The translations under genes were made by a program, and so were the position numbers. The notes under the pieces were generated by a model, which was given only the letters and a program-made list of their open reading frames with translations, did not search any database and was not told where the DNA came from. A stretch of DNA of 64,000 nucleotides from assembly GCA_965198115.1 (NCBI GenBank), contig OZ240241.1, forward strand, positions 6,368,001 through 6,432,000, in the 5' to 3' direction. The DNA is from Candidatus Latescibacterota bacterium (GTDB lineage Bacteria > Latescibacterota > UBA2968). Each line of letters begins with the position of its first letter. Within the stretch, counting starts at the first letter, position 1. Positions 50,349 to 61,943 of this stretch are shown piece after piece.

Positions 50349-51986
50349 TCACCATCCAACGGCGTAGCCCGGGCCGCGGGGGTCCGCTCCACCCACTCGT
50401 GTCCCCGTTAACGGATCCACTCGAATCGTCGACACGCGGCTCATGCCGCCCCCCCACTCGCCCCCATCGACCACGACGTGGCCGCGATCGGACAACTCGC
50501 TTCGGACCTCTGACGGAACACGAGTCTCCACGACCGCTTCACCGGGCAAGGATCCGTGCGGCCAAAAGGAGTTCGGGAAGCTGTGTGATACGACCCGTGG
50601 TGCTTCGATCGCTTCTTGTGGATCCATCCCGAATTCAACGACATTCAGAAACACCTGCGTCATCCCCTGAACCTGGGCGTCCCCGCCGGGGCAGCCGATC
50701 GGCATGATCGGCTGGCCGTCCTTCAGTACCATCGCAGGATTCGGTGTCAAACGAGGTCGCTTGCCCGGTTCCAGGCGGCACGGATGATCCGGATCCAGCC
50801 ACGTCTGCGTGCCACGCGCTGAGATGGAGAACCCGAGCTCCGGAATGATGGGACTGCCGTGGATCCCGTCACTCGGTGTCGCCGAGAAAGCATTTCCCTC
50901 TTCATCAACCACACAGGTGTACGCCGTATCCTCCTCCCACACGGTCAGGACACCACGATCCGATGCGGTCTCCACGGCTAACGGAACCGGGCCTGATTCA
51001 GATCGCGGTTCCAGATGATGTGGCCAGGGGTCGCCGGGGTCCGGCATGTCGGGACACGCGCGCTTCGTGTCGATCGCCGACCGTCTTTCCTCCGCATACT
51101 CTTTTGACAGGAGGCCGGCCATCGGAACCTGCACGAAATCTGGATCGCCGAAGTAATGGTGCCGATCCGAGAAGGTCATCTTCAGTGACTCCAGAAGGAC
51201 GTGCAGATAATCCGCCGAGTTGTGACCGAACCCCTGGAGGTCGAAACCCTCCAGTATGTTCAACACCATTGGTAAGGTCGGTCCCTGGCACCACGGCCCG
51301 CAGCTGAACACGTCATATCCTTTGTAGGTTGTCCTTTCGGGTGGTTCGACGCGTGCGTGGAACTCCTCGAGGTCTTCCATTCGAAGAAACCCGTGCGCCT
51401 GCTCCGAAAAAGCCGCGATCTGTCTCCCGATATCTCCGTGGTAGACGAGGTTCCGGGCCGCTCGCAACCCGGCGCTCCGATCGCTGCCAGCTCCTTTCTC
51501 GGCCTCGATCAAGCGACGGAACGTCTTCGCTAGGACTTCCTCACCCTCGTAGACGGGAGGACGATTCTCGAGCAGATACAACGCCGGCTGCACAACCTGT
51601 TCGAAGGTCATCGTCCCGAAGCGTTCCAGGGCCGTGATCCAGGCATCCGGAGCCGACGGGGTCACCGATCGCAGAATTCCCCCGGGCAGGTCCCCACCCT
51701 CCTGTTCAAGGAAATAGTCGATGCTTGCCGCTTTCGGCCATCGCCCCAGCCCCGCGACCGTCTCAACCGGGCTTCCGGACGCAGGACTGAAGATGATCGG
51801 AGCAACACCCCCGAAGGAAGCCGATTTTGGTTGTACCACGTTGATACAAAGACCCGACGCCACCCCTGCATCGGCGGCGTTTCCTCCCTGCTCCAGAATT
51901 TGAAATCCGCCCATCGTCGCCAGGTAATGTGTGGTGGAGACGACGAAGCGTGTGCCTTCGATTGGAGGACGCAGCGATGTCGGCAT
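50349..51986 (-). CDS. Gamma-glutamyltransferase family protein
   Basis: GGNAADAG, nucleophile region DTAYTCVVD..GN, PGKRPR.T..P, PGGDAQ, GADPR. Confidence 0.9.
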   Translation of the reverse strand: MPTSLRPPIEGTRFVVSTTHYLATMGGFQILEQGGNAADAGVASGLCINVVQPKSASFGGVAPIIFSPASGSPVETVAGLGRWPKAASIDYFLEQEGGDLPGGILRSVTPSAPDAWITALERFGTMTFEQVVQPALYLLENRPPVYEGEEVLAKTFRRLIEAEKGAGSDRSAGLRAARNLVYHGDIGRQIAAFSEQAHGFLRMEDLEEFHARVEPPERTTYKGYDVFSCGPWCQGPTLPMVLNILEGFDLQGFGHNSADYLHVLLESLKMTFSDRHHYFGDPDFVQVPMAGLLSKEYAEERRSAIDTKRACPDMPDPGDPWPHHLEPRSESGPVPLAVETASDRGVLTVWEEDTAYTCVVDEEGNAFSATPSDGIHGSPIIPELGFSISARGTQTWLDPDHPCRLEPGKRPRLTPNPAMVLKDGQPIMPIGCPGGDAQVQGMTQVFLNVVEFGMDPQEAIEAPRVVSHSFPNSFWPHGSLPGEAVVETRVPSEVRSELSDRGHVVVDGGEWGGGMSRVSTIRVDPLTGTRVGGADPRGPGYAVGW

Positions 51987-52190
51987 TACGGCTCCTTTCT
52001 TCTCGGCACCAGGCCGAGAGCGTGCTTGGCCGGTGTCTGGACCCGAGCATTCGGTATATCGCTCAGCATGCCCGAAACTCACAGACCCTCTCCTCGAGTT
52101 CTTTTTTGGGTGTTATCCAGATCTTTCGTTAAGGATGAATGATAGAAGCACACCTCACGGATGCCGTATGTGCCTGCAGGTATGGTTCTG

Positions 52191-53333
52191 TCAGCCGGTC
52201 CCTCCCGCGGCCATCGTCAACACCCGTCTCAGCCCGTCCGCGACGATCCGATCCTCTCCGTCGTTCAGCGTGTGGACGTTGACGTTCAGCGTATCCTTCC
52301 CTTGTCTGAGCACTCTGATTCTGGGATTCTCCGCATACAGCTCGTCGGCCACCTCCTGAGCGGTCTTTCCCAGGGTCGCAGAATCGAGCACGACGTGCAG
52401 CGTGACGCCCGGGTGCCTTGACACTTCCACCACCTTCGCTTCCCGTATGTTTGGTGCGCCTTCCAGCCCATTCAGAATCGTGGCGAATTTCGTATCGTAC
52501 TCCGCGAATCGAGCCTCGTGGTCCATCGAGAACCACTCATTCAGACCGGTCACGACGCCGACAATATCCTGCCGGTCCAGCTTCATCCCACGGCCGAGCG
52601 GACGCGCAGTCGCAAACCCGTGCCTGGCTACAGCCTCAACAAGGTCCTTCCTGCCGCACACGAACCCGGTCGACTGCGGCGCGTTCATATACTTACCGGC
52701 AAAGCAGACCAGCTCGGCCGACTGCGCCAATTTCTTGAAATAGTCGAGCGGAAAGATCCGCGAAGCAGCATCCACGATTACCGGAATGTCGTGCTTACGG
52801 GCGATCGCCACCGAATCCTCCAGGGAAACGACGGCGTCGTCTCCGTCCGGCTGCACGTAATAGGCGAGCGCGGCCGTGTTTTTTCCCATCGCTGATTCCA
52901 ACTGCTCGGGACTGCACCCGTCAGCATCCCCGACCTCCACCAGCTTCCCGCCGCACACGGTGTAGCACCGATCGAAGCCGTAGCGTTGCCGTGTCTGAAG
53001 GAGGATCTCATCTTTCATCCCCGTGGTATCCGGAAGCCGTCTGAGCTTCTCCGGATCATTCCGCGTGATGCAGGCCGCCGTGCTCAGAGCAAGGGCGGCG
53101 TAACATCCCGTCGTGACGTAGGCGGCTTCAACACCAAGGACATCGGCGATTCTTGCTCCCGCCCCTTCCAGCAGTTCCTCGATCTCTGCCCAGTTCTTTT
53201 CGGCTGCCTCCATCGCCTGCTTCACTGCTTGAGAAGGCGTGGACCCTCCCCATCGTGTCGTGCTGCCCCCGGCGTTTATGACGGGGACGACCCCGAGGTT
53301 CTTGTAAACTTCACTTCCAAGACTTTCACCCAT
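52191..53333 (-). CDS. SelA-like PLP-dependent enzyme (DgaE-like ammonia-lyase family)
   Basis: VINAGGSTT.WGGS, PVIVDAA, FAGK...PQSTG, GRGMK; lacks the SelA N-terminal extension. Confidence 0.8.
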   Translation of the reverse strand: MGESLGSEVYKNLGVVPVINAGGSTTRWGGSTPSQAVKQAMEAAEKNWAEIEELLEGAGARIADVLGVEAAYVTTGCYAALALSTAACITRNDPEKLRRLPDTTGMKDEILLQTRQRYGFDRCYTVCGGKLVEVGDADGCSPEQLESAMGKNTAALAYYVQPDGDDAVVSLEDSVAIARKHDIPVIVDAASRIFPLDYFKKLAQSAELVCFAGKYMNAPQSTGFVCGRKDLVEAVARHGFATARPLGRGMKLDRQDIVGVVTGLNEWFSMDHEARFAEYDTKFATILNGLEGAPNIREAKVVEVSRHPGVTLHVVLDSATLGKTAQEVADELYAENPRIRVLRQGKDTLNVNVHTLNDGEDRIVADGLRRVLTMAAGGTG

Positions 53334-53455
53334 CGCCGCCTCCTGCCTTTGTATCACGCACGTCTGTTAGGATTTCCGTTTCGGAAAATACGAAGGCTGT
53401 GACCGGGAGCAGTAAAGTGTATCAACCCAAGAATTCATGTCGGTAATGCGTTGCG

Positions 53456-54487
53456 TCATTTGCCTACGACCACGAGCGCATCATTTTGCTTACGAAATTG
53501 TGTTTCCCAGGGTGAGGATAGCGATGCGACCGTGTCCGCAACCCTACGCCACTCTGGGCTGTCGATCGAGGGTAGCCTGGGCTGGCCTCGTTCGTCGCGA
53601 CAGACGGGGTGGAGCGATACTTCGCTGACCATTCCCGAAGCGATTGTCGCGAGAACGAGAAGCCCGTCGGGATGTCGATGGGCCATCTTCTCCCAGCCGA
53701 ACACGAAGTTTCCGAGGCTGTAGAAGATCGGCTTTCCCGCGTAGATTTCGACGCCCTGGATCACGTGGGGATGATGTCCGATGACGATGTCGGCACCGGC
53801 ATCAATCGCAGCGTGTGCGATGTCGTGCTGGTAGGTGACCGTTTCGGAACGACCCGAAATCTCCCAGTGAAAGGACATCACGACGACGTCTACGCTGGAC
53901 CGCAAGGATTCGATGTCGGCCTGTGCGGCATCGAGTTCCTTCTTGCTAGGCCAGGTGATGACGTCGGGGGGCGCCCCGGGCATCTCGAGGGCTCTGCGGT
54001 GTGGACGGTAGGCCGAGTGGGCCTTGATCGTGGCCACTCCGGGTTGACCGGGTTTTGCGGCGTGACCGGCCGGCCAGAAAACAGACGTGTAGGCAAGGAA
54101 ACCAAAACGGGTGCCGTCCCGCTCGACGATCGCTGGCCCCCGGGCTTCGGCTGGATCTCTCCCCGCGCCGGTATGGGCAATGCCGAGACGATCGAGATGG
54201 CCGAGTGACTCGAGTATGGCCTCCGCACCAAACGTCACGTTGTTGGCGCATCCTACGGCGTCGAAGCCGGCCACTGACAGCCCATCGACGCACGTACTCG
54301 AGGGGTGAAACCAACCTTGCTTGTAAGGCAATTCGACGGTGGGATCGGAATAGCAGCCCTCGCAGTTTGCAAAGCGCACGTCCGCTTCGTCGAAGGTTTC
54401 CTGCATCTCCGAGAACAGGTCACAGGGATCGTTGACGTTCCGCAGATTGACGTCGCCGACTAGGAGCAGATTCAGGGGGTTTGGCAT
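53456..54487 (-). CDS. CapA-family (PGA_cap) metallophosphatase
   Basis: GDV, NCE, ANN, FHW, GHHPHVIQGVE, YSLGNF. Confidence 0.85.
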   Translation of the reverse strand: MPNPLNLLLVGDVNLRNVNDPCDLFSEMQETFDEADVRFANCEGCYSDPTVELPYKQGWFHPSSTCVDGLSVAGFDAVGCANNVTFGAEAILESLGHLDRLGIAHTGAGRDPAEARGPAIVERDGTRFGFLAYTSVFWPAGHAAKPGQPGVATIKAHSAYRPHRRALEMPGAPPDVITWPSKKELDAAQADIESLRSSVDVVVMSFHWEISGRSETVTYQHDIAHAAIDAGADIVIGHHPHVIQGVEIYAGKPIFYSLGNFVFGWEKMAHRHPDGLLVLATIASGMVSEVSLHPVCRDERGQPRLPSIDSPEWRRVADTVASLSSPWETQFRKQNDALVVVGK

Positions 54488-54614
54488 CTTGTGAGATAAA
54501 AGATGTTCGGTGTTCCTGCCATCGCTGCTCACGCAGCTTCGGCTCTCGCCCCTTGGGTTACAGCGGGCAAGTCGGCGAGCAGGCAGTGTTCGGGAAAATT
54601 TTACATAGCCGTGT

Positions 54615-56555
54615 CTATTCGTCCCCAAGTGCGGTGTCATAGCGGACGACGCACGCGGCTATGACGATGTCGATGTCTTCTTCGAGCAGATAGCGGTCGG
54701 CGACGAGTTGCTTTGCGGCGGCTTCGATGCGCTTCAGATAGGCTTCGCGATCACGATAGCGGGTCTCGAGCGAGCAGCGCTCGTCGGACGTGCATTGATC
54801 GGTGTCAGTGGGGGCAAAGAATCTGGAAAAGCCCTGCATCGGGATGATCTGCTCGGGTGCGCCCGTCTCCGGATTGCGCGGATTCCAGCCTGTATGCGTG
54901 CCGACCGGAACGGCGATGTCGGGCAGCCTGATGCCGGCGACCTCGTTGCCGTCATCGTCGACGGCTGACACGAAGCAGGGATAGGTCCCTCCCTCCTTCG
55001 CGGGATACTCTCCGGCCCCTTTGGCCGCATCGGAGCCCAGGTCGACTTCCCGTACGACCCACAACCTTTCGGATCCACCTCATCCAGGCCGCATAGGACG
55101 TCGCTTCGCGGTACGGCCGTTCCGTCGTCGAGACGCGGATGCCGGTTCGGGGGAGGAGTGACGCCCTCGGATGCCCAGCGATCGAGGTTGACGAGCGCGG
55201 CCCTCAACAACGGGCGATAGTCGATCACGCTGAATGCGTATCGGCCGCTAGCACCGTCAGGCCCACCACCTGAAGCCTGGGGGAGCGTGCCTGCGCCGTG
55301 CTTGCGTTCCGGCGAAGTGATAGATGCGACTCGAGTCGGCGGGTCCCAGATCGGTTTTCCCGTCAGGGCTGATGTGGAGGAAGGATCCGTCGCCCCGCCA
55401 GTATTCAGCTGAGGAGTTGGTATAGACGACCTTTGGGACGGTCTTCGACTCGCGCACCCGATCGAGCAGGCCTTCGGTACGCCCTGTCAGTGGATCGTCG
55501 GTCGGGTTGTCTGCGAACGGGAAGAGGTGACCGAAGCCGGGGGCGGACTGCTGCGACGGCTGCGCGAATCGGTGGTTGAATTCGCCTCGTCGTCCGCCGG
55601 CGACGTGGGGCAAGAGGCCGTCGTAAACGAGACGGCCCTCTTCGTCTTTATTGAGACCTTCGTAGAGGAAGTGGCGAAGCAACCTTCCGGTCTGAGAGAC
55701 GCCGTATCCGTAAACGTAATCGTACCCGTTCTCGACCGGGTTGAGGTCGGAAGGATAGCGGAGCCAGACTCCCACGTCGCGGACGGCGAGAAGTCCGGTC
55801 CCGACGATGGGGGCGCCTTCCGCGGTATAGACGATGTAGTAAATCTGGCCGGGTTGGAACCCCGACTCCAAGTAGACGTGCTCGCGGCTTGGGGCGATGC
55901 CATTTTCGGTGGCCTGGGCGAAGCACCAATCACTTCGTGGAATGACCGTGTCCGGTCCATCTTCCCAATCTCTCACGACAAGCTGGGCGTCAGAGGTGTC
56001 GGAATCGGCGACGGGAAGAACCTGATGAATCCGGTTTGCGAGAAGCCGGGTGTGTTCGACGACATTGGGCCGAATCTCGACAACGGCCTGTCCGCGGACG
56101 GGTTGGCCGTCGATCTCTGCGTAGGGCGCTTGGAGACCCAGCAGAATCTCGCTGCGGTAGACGTCCCATTGCCAGCCTATCGAAACGACTGAATGGCCCC
56201 GTTCGAACAGGAAGCCATCACCCGGTGGGATTTCCCACGCGTCCTCGGCGTTGTCGACGCGGTTGAGGGTGTTGACGACACGTTTTCGACCCCGGTTAAC
56301 GACGTCGACGATGAGCCGGCTCTTGCCGGCCGAGTTCTGCGGATGGAGGAGGGCGAAGTCGGATTGGAAACGGACACAACCATCCCCGTCGCGTGGCGCG
56401 AGGTCGAGGTCGACGATGGGCCGATTGGCAGAATGGCTCGGATCGACCGCGCAGGTGATGATGCCATCGATCCGTTCGTACGAACCGGTTTCGCCGAAGC
56501 GGTGACCTGCCTGGTAGGATTCACGATGGGTGATTTCGACGTCGATGACGGCCAT
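54615..56555 (-). CDS. Alpha/beta hydrolase domain-containing protein (frameshifts near 55280 and 55075)
   Basis: FGETGSYER, VVNRG, GVSQTGR, NSSAEYW, VDDDGNEVAGIRLP; three collinear frames. Confidence 0.8.
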
Positions 56556-56642
56556 CGATAACTCGCTCCCGTGACAGGGGGACATCTTCGGTGGACGACT
56601 CGGCTATGTCAGTCGTAGCCAGAAGTTCTGCCACGATGTCAA

Positions 56643-57662
56643 TCAGGGCGTGGGTGCATCCTCGCGGATGAGTCCTTCCGACTTGAGGTCGGACCATAGA
56701 CCGGCAGGAATGTCGTACTGGGACCAGGCGATGTTGGTTTGGACGTGTTCGGTTTCGAGGGCCCCTGGGATGATCGAGTTGACAATGGGATGGTGCAGCG
56801 AGAATTGAAGCGCCGCAGCGCCGAGAGGCACGTCGTGGCTTTTGCAGACGTCCTGGATGCGTTGCGTGCGGTCCAGCACGTCGGGCTCTGCGGGCGCGTA
56901 GCGATAGTAGGCTCCTTCGACCGCCCCCGTCGCGAGAATGCCGGATGCGAAGGCGGCCCCGATGACGATCCCGGCGCCCTGCTCCTCACACAGGGGGAAC
57001 TCCAGATCGAGCGTGTTCTGGTCGAGCAGGCTGTAGGGCATTGCGACGATGAAGAAGTCGATGTCGACATACTTGAAGAATCGTGGAATCATGCCTTCCT
57101 CATTGATGCCGGCTCCGATGCCCTTGATGCAGCCACTGGATTTCAGTTCTTCCAACGCGCGCCACCCGCTCGTGTAGAGTTGTTCGAGGTAAGCGGTGAC
57201 GCGCTCCTCCGTCTGGTTGAACAGAAAGTCGAGGTCGTGGATGAGGAGGAGGTCCACGCGATTGACACCGAGCCGCTGGAGGCTGTCTTCGTAGGATCGC
57301 ATGACACCGTCGTAGCTGTAGTCGAATGTGATTTCGAACGGGAGTCCGCCGGTCCAGAAGTCGGATTTCCAAGAGGCGAGATCCTTCGTGGCGGTCAATA
57401 CACGGCCGATCTTGGTGGAGAGGACATACTCGTCGCGTGGCTGTTCACGAAGCATATGGCCGAGGCGGTGTTCACTCAGCCCGTGGCCGTAAAAAGGTGC
57501 TGTGTCGTAGTAGCGAATACCGCCGTCCCAAGCGGTTTCGAGAATGCTCTGGCACCGTTCTGGGCTCACACGTTCGAAGAGTTCGCCCAGCGGAGCGGTT
57601 CCGAAGCCGAGCTGGGACACTATTGCCGAGGTCTTGCCGAGTTGTGATGTAGGAATGGACAT
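56643..57662 (-). CDS. Aldo/keto reductase (sugar dehydrogenase-like)
   Basis: LGFGTAPLG, YDTAPFYGHGLSE, LSTKIGR, FDYSYDG, LIHD. Confidence 0.9.
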   Translation of the reverse strand: MSIPTSQLGKTSAIVSQLGFGTAPLGELFERVSPERCQSILETAWDGGIRYYDTAPFYGHGLSEHRLGHMLREQPRDEYVLSTKIGRVLTATKDLASWKSDFWTGGLPFEITFDYSYDGVMRSYEDSLQRLGVNRVDLLLIHDLDFLFNQTEERVTAYLEQLYTSGWRALEELKSSGCIKGIGAGINEEGMIPRFFKYVDIDFFIVAMPYSLLDQNTLDLEFPLCEEQGAGIVIGAAFASGILATGAVEGAYYRYAPAEPDVLDRTQRIQDVCKSHDVPLGAAALQFSLHHPIVNSIIPGALETEHVQTNIAWSQYDIPAGLWSDLKSEGLIREDAPTP

Positions 57663-57753
57663 TTGGTAAACCCTGTTCAGTGTTCGGTGTTCAGGAAACC
57701 CAGAATGCGACCGTGATTTTTTGCGTCACGGTGGTTCGATCGTTTCGCAAGAG

Positions 57754-58711
57754 TCAGGGACGGTAAGCCCAGTCGACCAGGGCCTTCATATACCCGATGG
57801 CGTAGGCGCGCCCGCGATGACCCCAGGGTGTGTCGTCGACGATCTTCGGTACGTGATCGGTGATGAGGAATTCGGTGAAATCGGCATCGCGCAGGGTGGC
57901 GATGACATCGAAGGGGTCGACGCTGCCTTCGTCGATGAAGCACTCGTTGAAGCAGGGAACCTCGCCCTGTACGAATCGGAAGTGGACGTAGGCGATACGT
58001 TCCCTTTCGGCGAAGTGCTTGATGGCGGGAATCGCACCTTCCGCGCCCATTTCGGACCAACATCCCATACAGAAATCGAGCTTGTGATGCGGGCTGTCGA
58101 ATTTGTCGATGCCTCGTTTGAATTGATCGAAGTTTCCGAAGATTCGCCCGACGCCACCCAGGGTTGGGACGGGAGGATCGTCGGGATGGAGGGCGAGCAC
58201 GACGCTGGCTTCTTCGGCAACAGGCAGGATTCGCTCCAGGTAGTAGTCGAAGTTCTCGACCATCTCATCCTGTGAGAATTCACGCTCGTGTGAGGGTGGC
58301 GCATCTTCGTGTTCGGCCATATCGAAACGGGTTGCACGCGCGCCACCCCGCAATTCGGCGAGGGGCTCGGTTCGCCAGACTTTGTTGGGCATCCAGTGGT
58401 AGCCGAGGACAGGAATGCCGGCTTTGCCCATACTTCGGATGGTGTTGCACATATGTTGGATCTGCTCGTCGCGTCCCGGGAGGTTGAGCATAATCCGTTC
58501 GTAAAAGTGGACGGGCACGTTCTCGAGCGCCATCAGTCGTAGCCCCGCTCCATCCGCTTTTTCCTTCAGCGCCTTCAAGTCCTCATAAGCCCATTCCTCG
58601 TCACCCGGCAATCGCGGTGTGTTCATCAGAAAAGTCGTCGGCCCCCATCTGTTTGATGAAGGCGAGCATTTCGTCAGTGAGCTCCTGGAATTGCCCAAGA
58701 CCGACTCGCAT
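57754..58711 (-). CDS. uxuA: Mannonate dehydratase (frameshift near 58645)
   Basis: GYHWMP, ILPVAEE..V.LALHPDDPP, YVHFR, F.E.FIDEG, DHVP; start MRVGLGQ in an adjacent frame. Confidence 0.85.
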
Positions 58712-58906
58712 TCTGTCCATTCTTCTACCCTTTGTGTGAAAACCTTCGCCACTCCTCGGACGCGCTCGGGACAGCGACGGACGCCGAGAAAGAACAAGAT
58801 AGAGTGAAAGACTTTCGGATGCGTAGACTATTCGGACGGCTTGGTAGGATGACGAGCGAGACAGGAAGATTGGGACTGTCGTCCTGAGTGGACGGAACGC
58901 TTCAAC

Positions 58907-60509
58907 TTAACGTACGATCAACAACAGGGTGACATCGTCGATGGGTTCCGTGTCGCCACTGAACTTCGCTACAGCTTCGGTAATCCGAGCGAGGGTGATG
59001 TCACCAGATTCCTCGAGTGCGTGGGTCAGACGGTCGATGCCGAATTGATCGCCCTGGCGGTTCTGTGCGTCGGTCACGCCGTCGGTGTAGACGAGGAGTC
59101 GTGATCCGGATGAAATGCGAACTCGTTCGGACTGCCACTCGAAGCCATCGAGCAAGCCCAGGATCGCGCCGGCCCCCGGTAGTGGAGAGACTGCATCGTT
59201 CTGACACACGAGCGGTGCCTCGTGTCCGGCGATCACGCAGTCGAGGGTGTGTTCTTGAGGATCGAGATAGCCGATGAAAGCGGTGAGGAACATTCCCACG
59301 GCGCCGGACTCGGTGCGGAGTCGATGATTGACCTGCTTGGCAAGTAGCCCGGGATCGTCGTGGTTCAACGCTTCCGAGCGAATGATTGATCTGGCCATTG
59401 CCATATAGAGTGCAGCGGGCGCCCCCTTCCCAGACACGTCGGCCAGCAGGATACAGAAACGGCCGTCGGACAATTGGAATACGTCGTAGAAGTCTCCGGC
59501 CACCTCACGGGCGGCCTCCCAATGCGTCTGGATTCCATACCCGGGGATCCTTTCGAACTCGGTCGGAAGAAGACTCCGCTGAACCGCCTGAGCCATTTCG
59601 AGTTCGGACGCAAATCTCCGCCGCTGTTCTTCCACCTCGTCGAAGAGTGCTGCCCGGTCGAGAGCAGCGGCGATGTGCTGTCCCGCCGTGGTGAGAAGCT
59701 GGAGGTCCGCGGCATCGAGGATTTCCCAACGATCCGTCGCGATGTTGATCAGTCCGTGTGTCTGCTCCACACCCTGAAGTGGAACGGTTGCGTGGAAACG
59801 TAGACCTTCCGTATCACCCTCCGCTCTTGCGGCGTCCATCAACCTCGAACACTCGACGGCATTCACGGCGCGTGAAAGACGACCCGTATTGAGCAAGTTC
59901 TGACAGTAACAGGTCGGCGCTTTGCATAGAAAATGACAGTCATCGGACTCGAGACCGTTGGGCAGCGCGCAGTGATCCGCGAGACGATACCCGTGTGGAT
60001 TTTCGGTTTCCGATCCGGGATCGGGTACCGACTCCAAAAAGCCCCAGGCTGTTTCGAGATGCATCACCTCGACCAGGATTTCCAGAGCCGTTTGCATCAC
60101 GTCGGAGACGTTCGCGGCTCGGTTGACATAGTCGGCAAGTGCGTTCAGAGCCTGTAGACGTGCGACCTCGGCGTCGTCACCTTTGAACTGGGATTCCCTT
60201 CTCTTCGTTTCTTTGAGAGCCCAGCAGTCGAGGAAATGCGTCACCCTCGAAAGGAGACTTCTTGATGTGCCCGTCGGCCGCCAACTGTGTGTAGAGCGAA
60301 CGGATGGCATCCAGTCGTAACTGGAGGGCTTCGGTGCCGTCTTTTGCGAAACGACGTTCCAACAGATACGATCGAATGTCGACGTCATTCGGGTAGGCGG
60401 CGACACCCGCGGACGGCCGCGTCATCCACCAGTCGGCGAAGTGTGCAAGAGGCTCATCCGCCTCGGGTCGATCGGCGCAATGTTCCGTGATGATGTCCTG
60501 CAGTTTCAT
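58907..60509 (-). CDS. GAF + SpoIIE/PP2C phosphatase with an N-terminal integrase-core-binding-like segment (frameshift near 60235)
   Basis: GDFYD, ADVSGKG..AAL, AGH, YTDGVTD, DDVT; GAF region upstream; N-terminus DIRSYLL...RLDAIRSLY..L...G.I..SP. Confidence 0.8.
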
Positions 60510-60731
60510 CGATTCACTATGACCTGTGTCATTCGTTGCGCGTGAAAGGTTCGTCTGCGAGAATCCTGTAGGGATCCGGACATGAAATCGTTGGGGCGAA
60601 AGGTGAATAAACCTGTTCGATGCGGTAGAGAAGATACCGAGAAAACACGTCACGCGATATCAAGGCGACCGCTGGTGGAGGACCCCACTCGTAGTGTTGT
60701 AGAATAGCTCGTTCTTGGCTACCCTTCTTCT

Positions 60732-61913
60732 ATGCCCACGAACTGTGCAAAGAGTCTGAGATGGATCATTGTCTTGACGGCCATCACCATGACTGTCGCC
60801 CCAAACCCGTTAACCGCTCAGGATTTCGACGGGAACGGATCGGTTGGGTTCGAGGATTTCCTCCTGTTCGCGACGGCTTTCGGGTCGACCGACCCGGCGT
60901 TCGATCTGGATGGGGACGGACAGGTCGCGTTCGGGGATTTTTTGGTTTTCGCCGACGCGTTCGGCTCTGCTGGTGGAACGATACCGTCGACGTGGAACCA
61001 GATCAGCTCGTCCGGAGTGACACCGCTGGGCCGGTTGGATCATACGATGATCCTGGATTCATCACGGTCGCAGCTGATGACGTTCGGTGGGCGCCGAAAC
61101 GTCGATCTGGATGACACCTGGATCTACGATCTGGCGAACGACTCGTGGCGGGAGGTAACGTCCTCACCCAAACCGGACGCAAGGCGGGGACACGTCGCGG
61201 TTTACGATGCGTCTCGCGATCGCGTGGTGATCTTCGGAGGCGAAGATCTGAGCGGACGTTTCTTCAACGATACCTGGGTCTTCTCGCTGGCTACGGAAAC
61301 GTGGTCCGAGATGAACGTGGGTGGATCGTTCCCGTCTCCACGATACGGGCTCTCGGCGATTCTGGATGCGCAGCGCGATCGGATGATCATATCCCACGGG
61401 TTCACGAACAGTGGGCGATTCGACGATACGTGGGCGTTGGATTTGGCCACGTTGCAATGGTCACGCTTGTCGACGCAGGGGTCGACGCCGCAGGCGCGTT
61501 GTCTGCACGACGCCGCATTTGATGAAGCAGGAGATGGAATGTATCTGTTCGGCGGTTGCTCCTCGGGTGTCGGACCGTGTCCGAGGAACGACCTGTGGAG
61601 ATTGGATCTGGCGACGACGGCGTGGCAGGAGGTTACACCGACTGAGTCACCCGATGCCCGGAGCAACCTTCGTCTGGCGTGTCGGGATGACGAGTTCTAC
61701 CTGTTCGGTGGTGTGGGCAACTTCGGAACGAACGATGTCTGGCGCTATGCGTTCGGGACCGAGGCGTGGCGTCTGATCGACACAGAAGGCGAACTACCGC
61801 CCGGAAGGTGGAGTACGGCGATCGTGTGGGATGCGGTTGAGAAAAGGATGATTGCCTTCGGCGGTACGAATGGTGCGGTGTGGTATGATGATCTTTGGGA
61901 GCTTAGAGAGTAG
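60732..61913 (+). CDS. Secreted kelch-repeat protein with a dockerin/EF-hand-like duplicated motif
   Basis: Signal peptide; DFDGNGSVGFEDFLLF / DLDGDGQVAFGDFLVF; FGG...DTW kelch repeats. Confidence 0.85.
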   Translation: MPTNCAKSLRWIIVLTAITMTVAPNPLTAQDFDGNGSVGFEDFLLFATAFGSTDPAFDLDGDGQVAFGDFLVFADAFGSAGGTIPSTWNQISSSGVTPLGRLDHTMILDSSRSQLMTFGGRRNVDLDDTWIYDLANDSWREVTSSPKPDARRGHVAVYDASRDRVVIFGGEDLSGRFFNDTWVFSLATETWSEMNVGGSFPSPRYGLSAILDAQRDRMIISHGFTNSGRFDDTWALDLATLQWSRLSTQGSTPQARCLHDAAFDEAGDGMYLFGGCSSGVGPCPRNDLWRLDLATTAWQEVTPTESPDARSNLRLACRDDEFYLFGGVGNFGTNDVWRYAFGTEAWRLIDTEGELPPGRWSTAIVWDAVEKRMIAFGGTNGAVWYDDLWELRE

Positions 61914-61943
61914 AGAACATTAGGAAATGGAAATGCGGTAATT

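Noticed and set aside
52191-53333. selA (selenocysteine synthase)
   Set aside because: It is shorter and lacks the SelA N-terminal domain, with no selB/selC nearby; it fits the SelA-like DgaE group.
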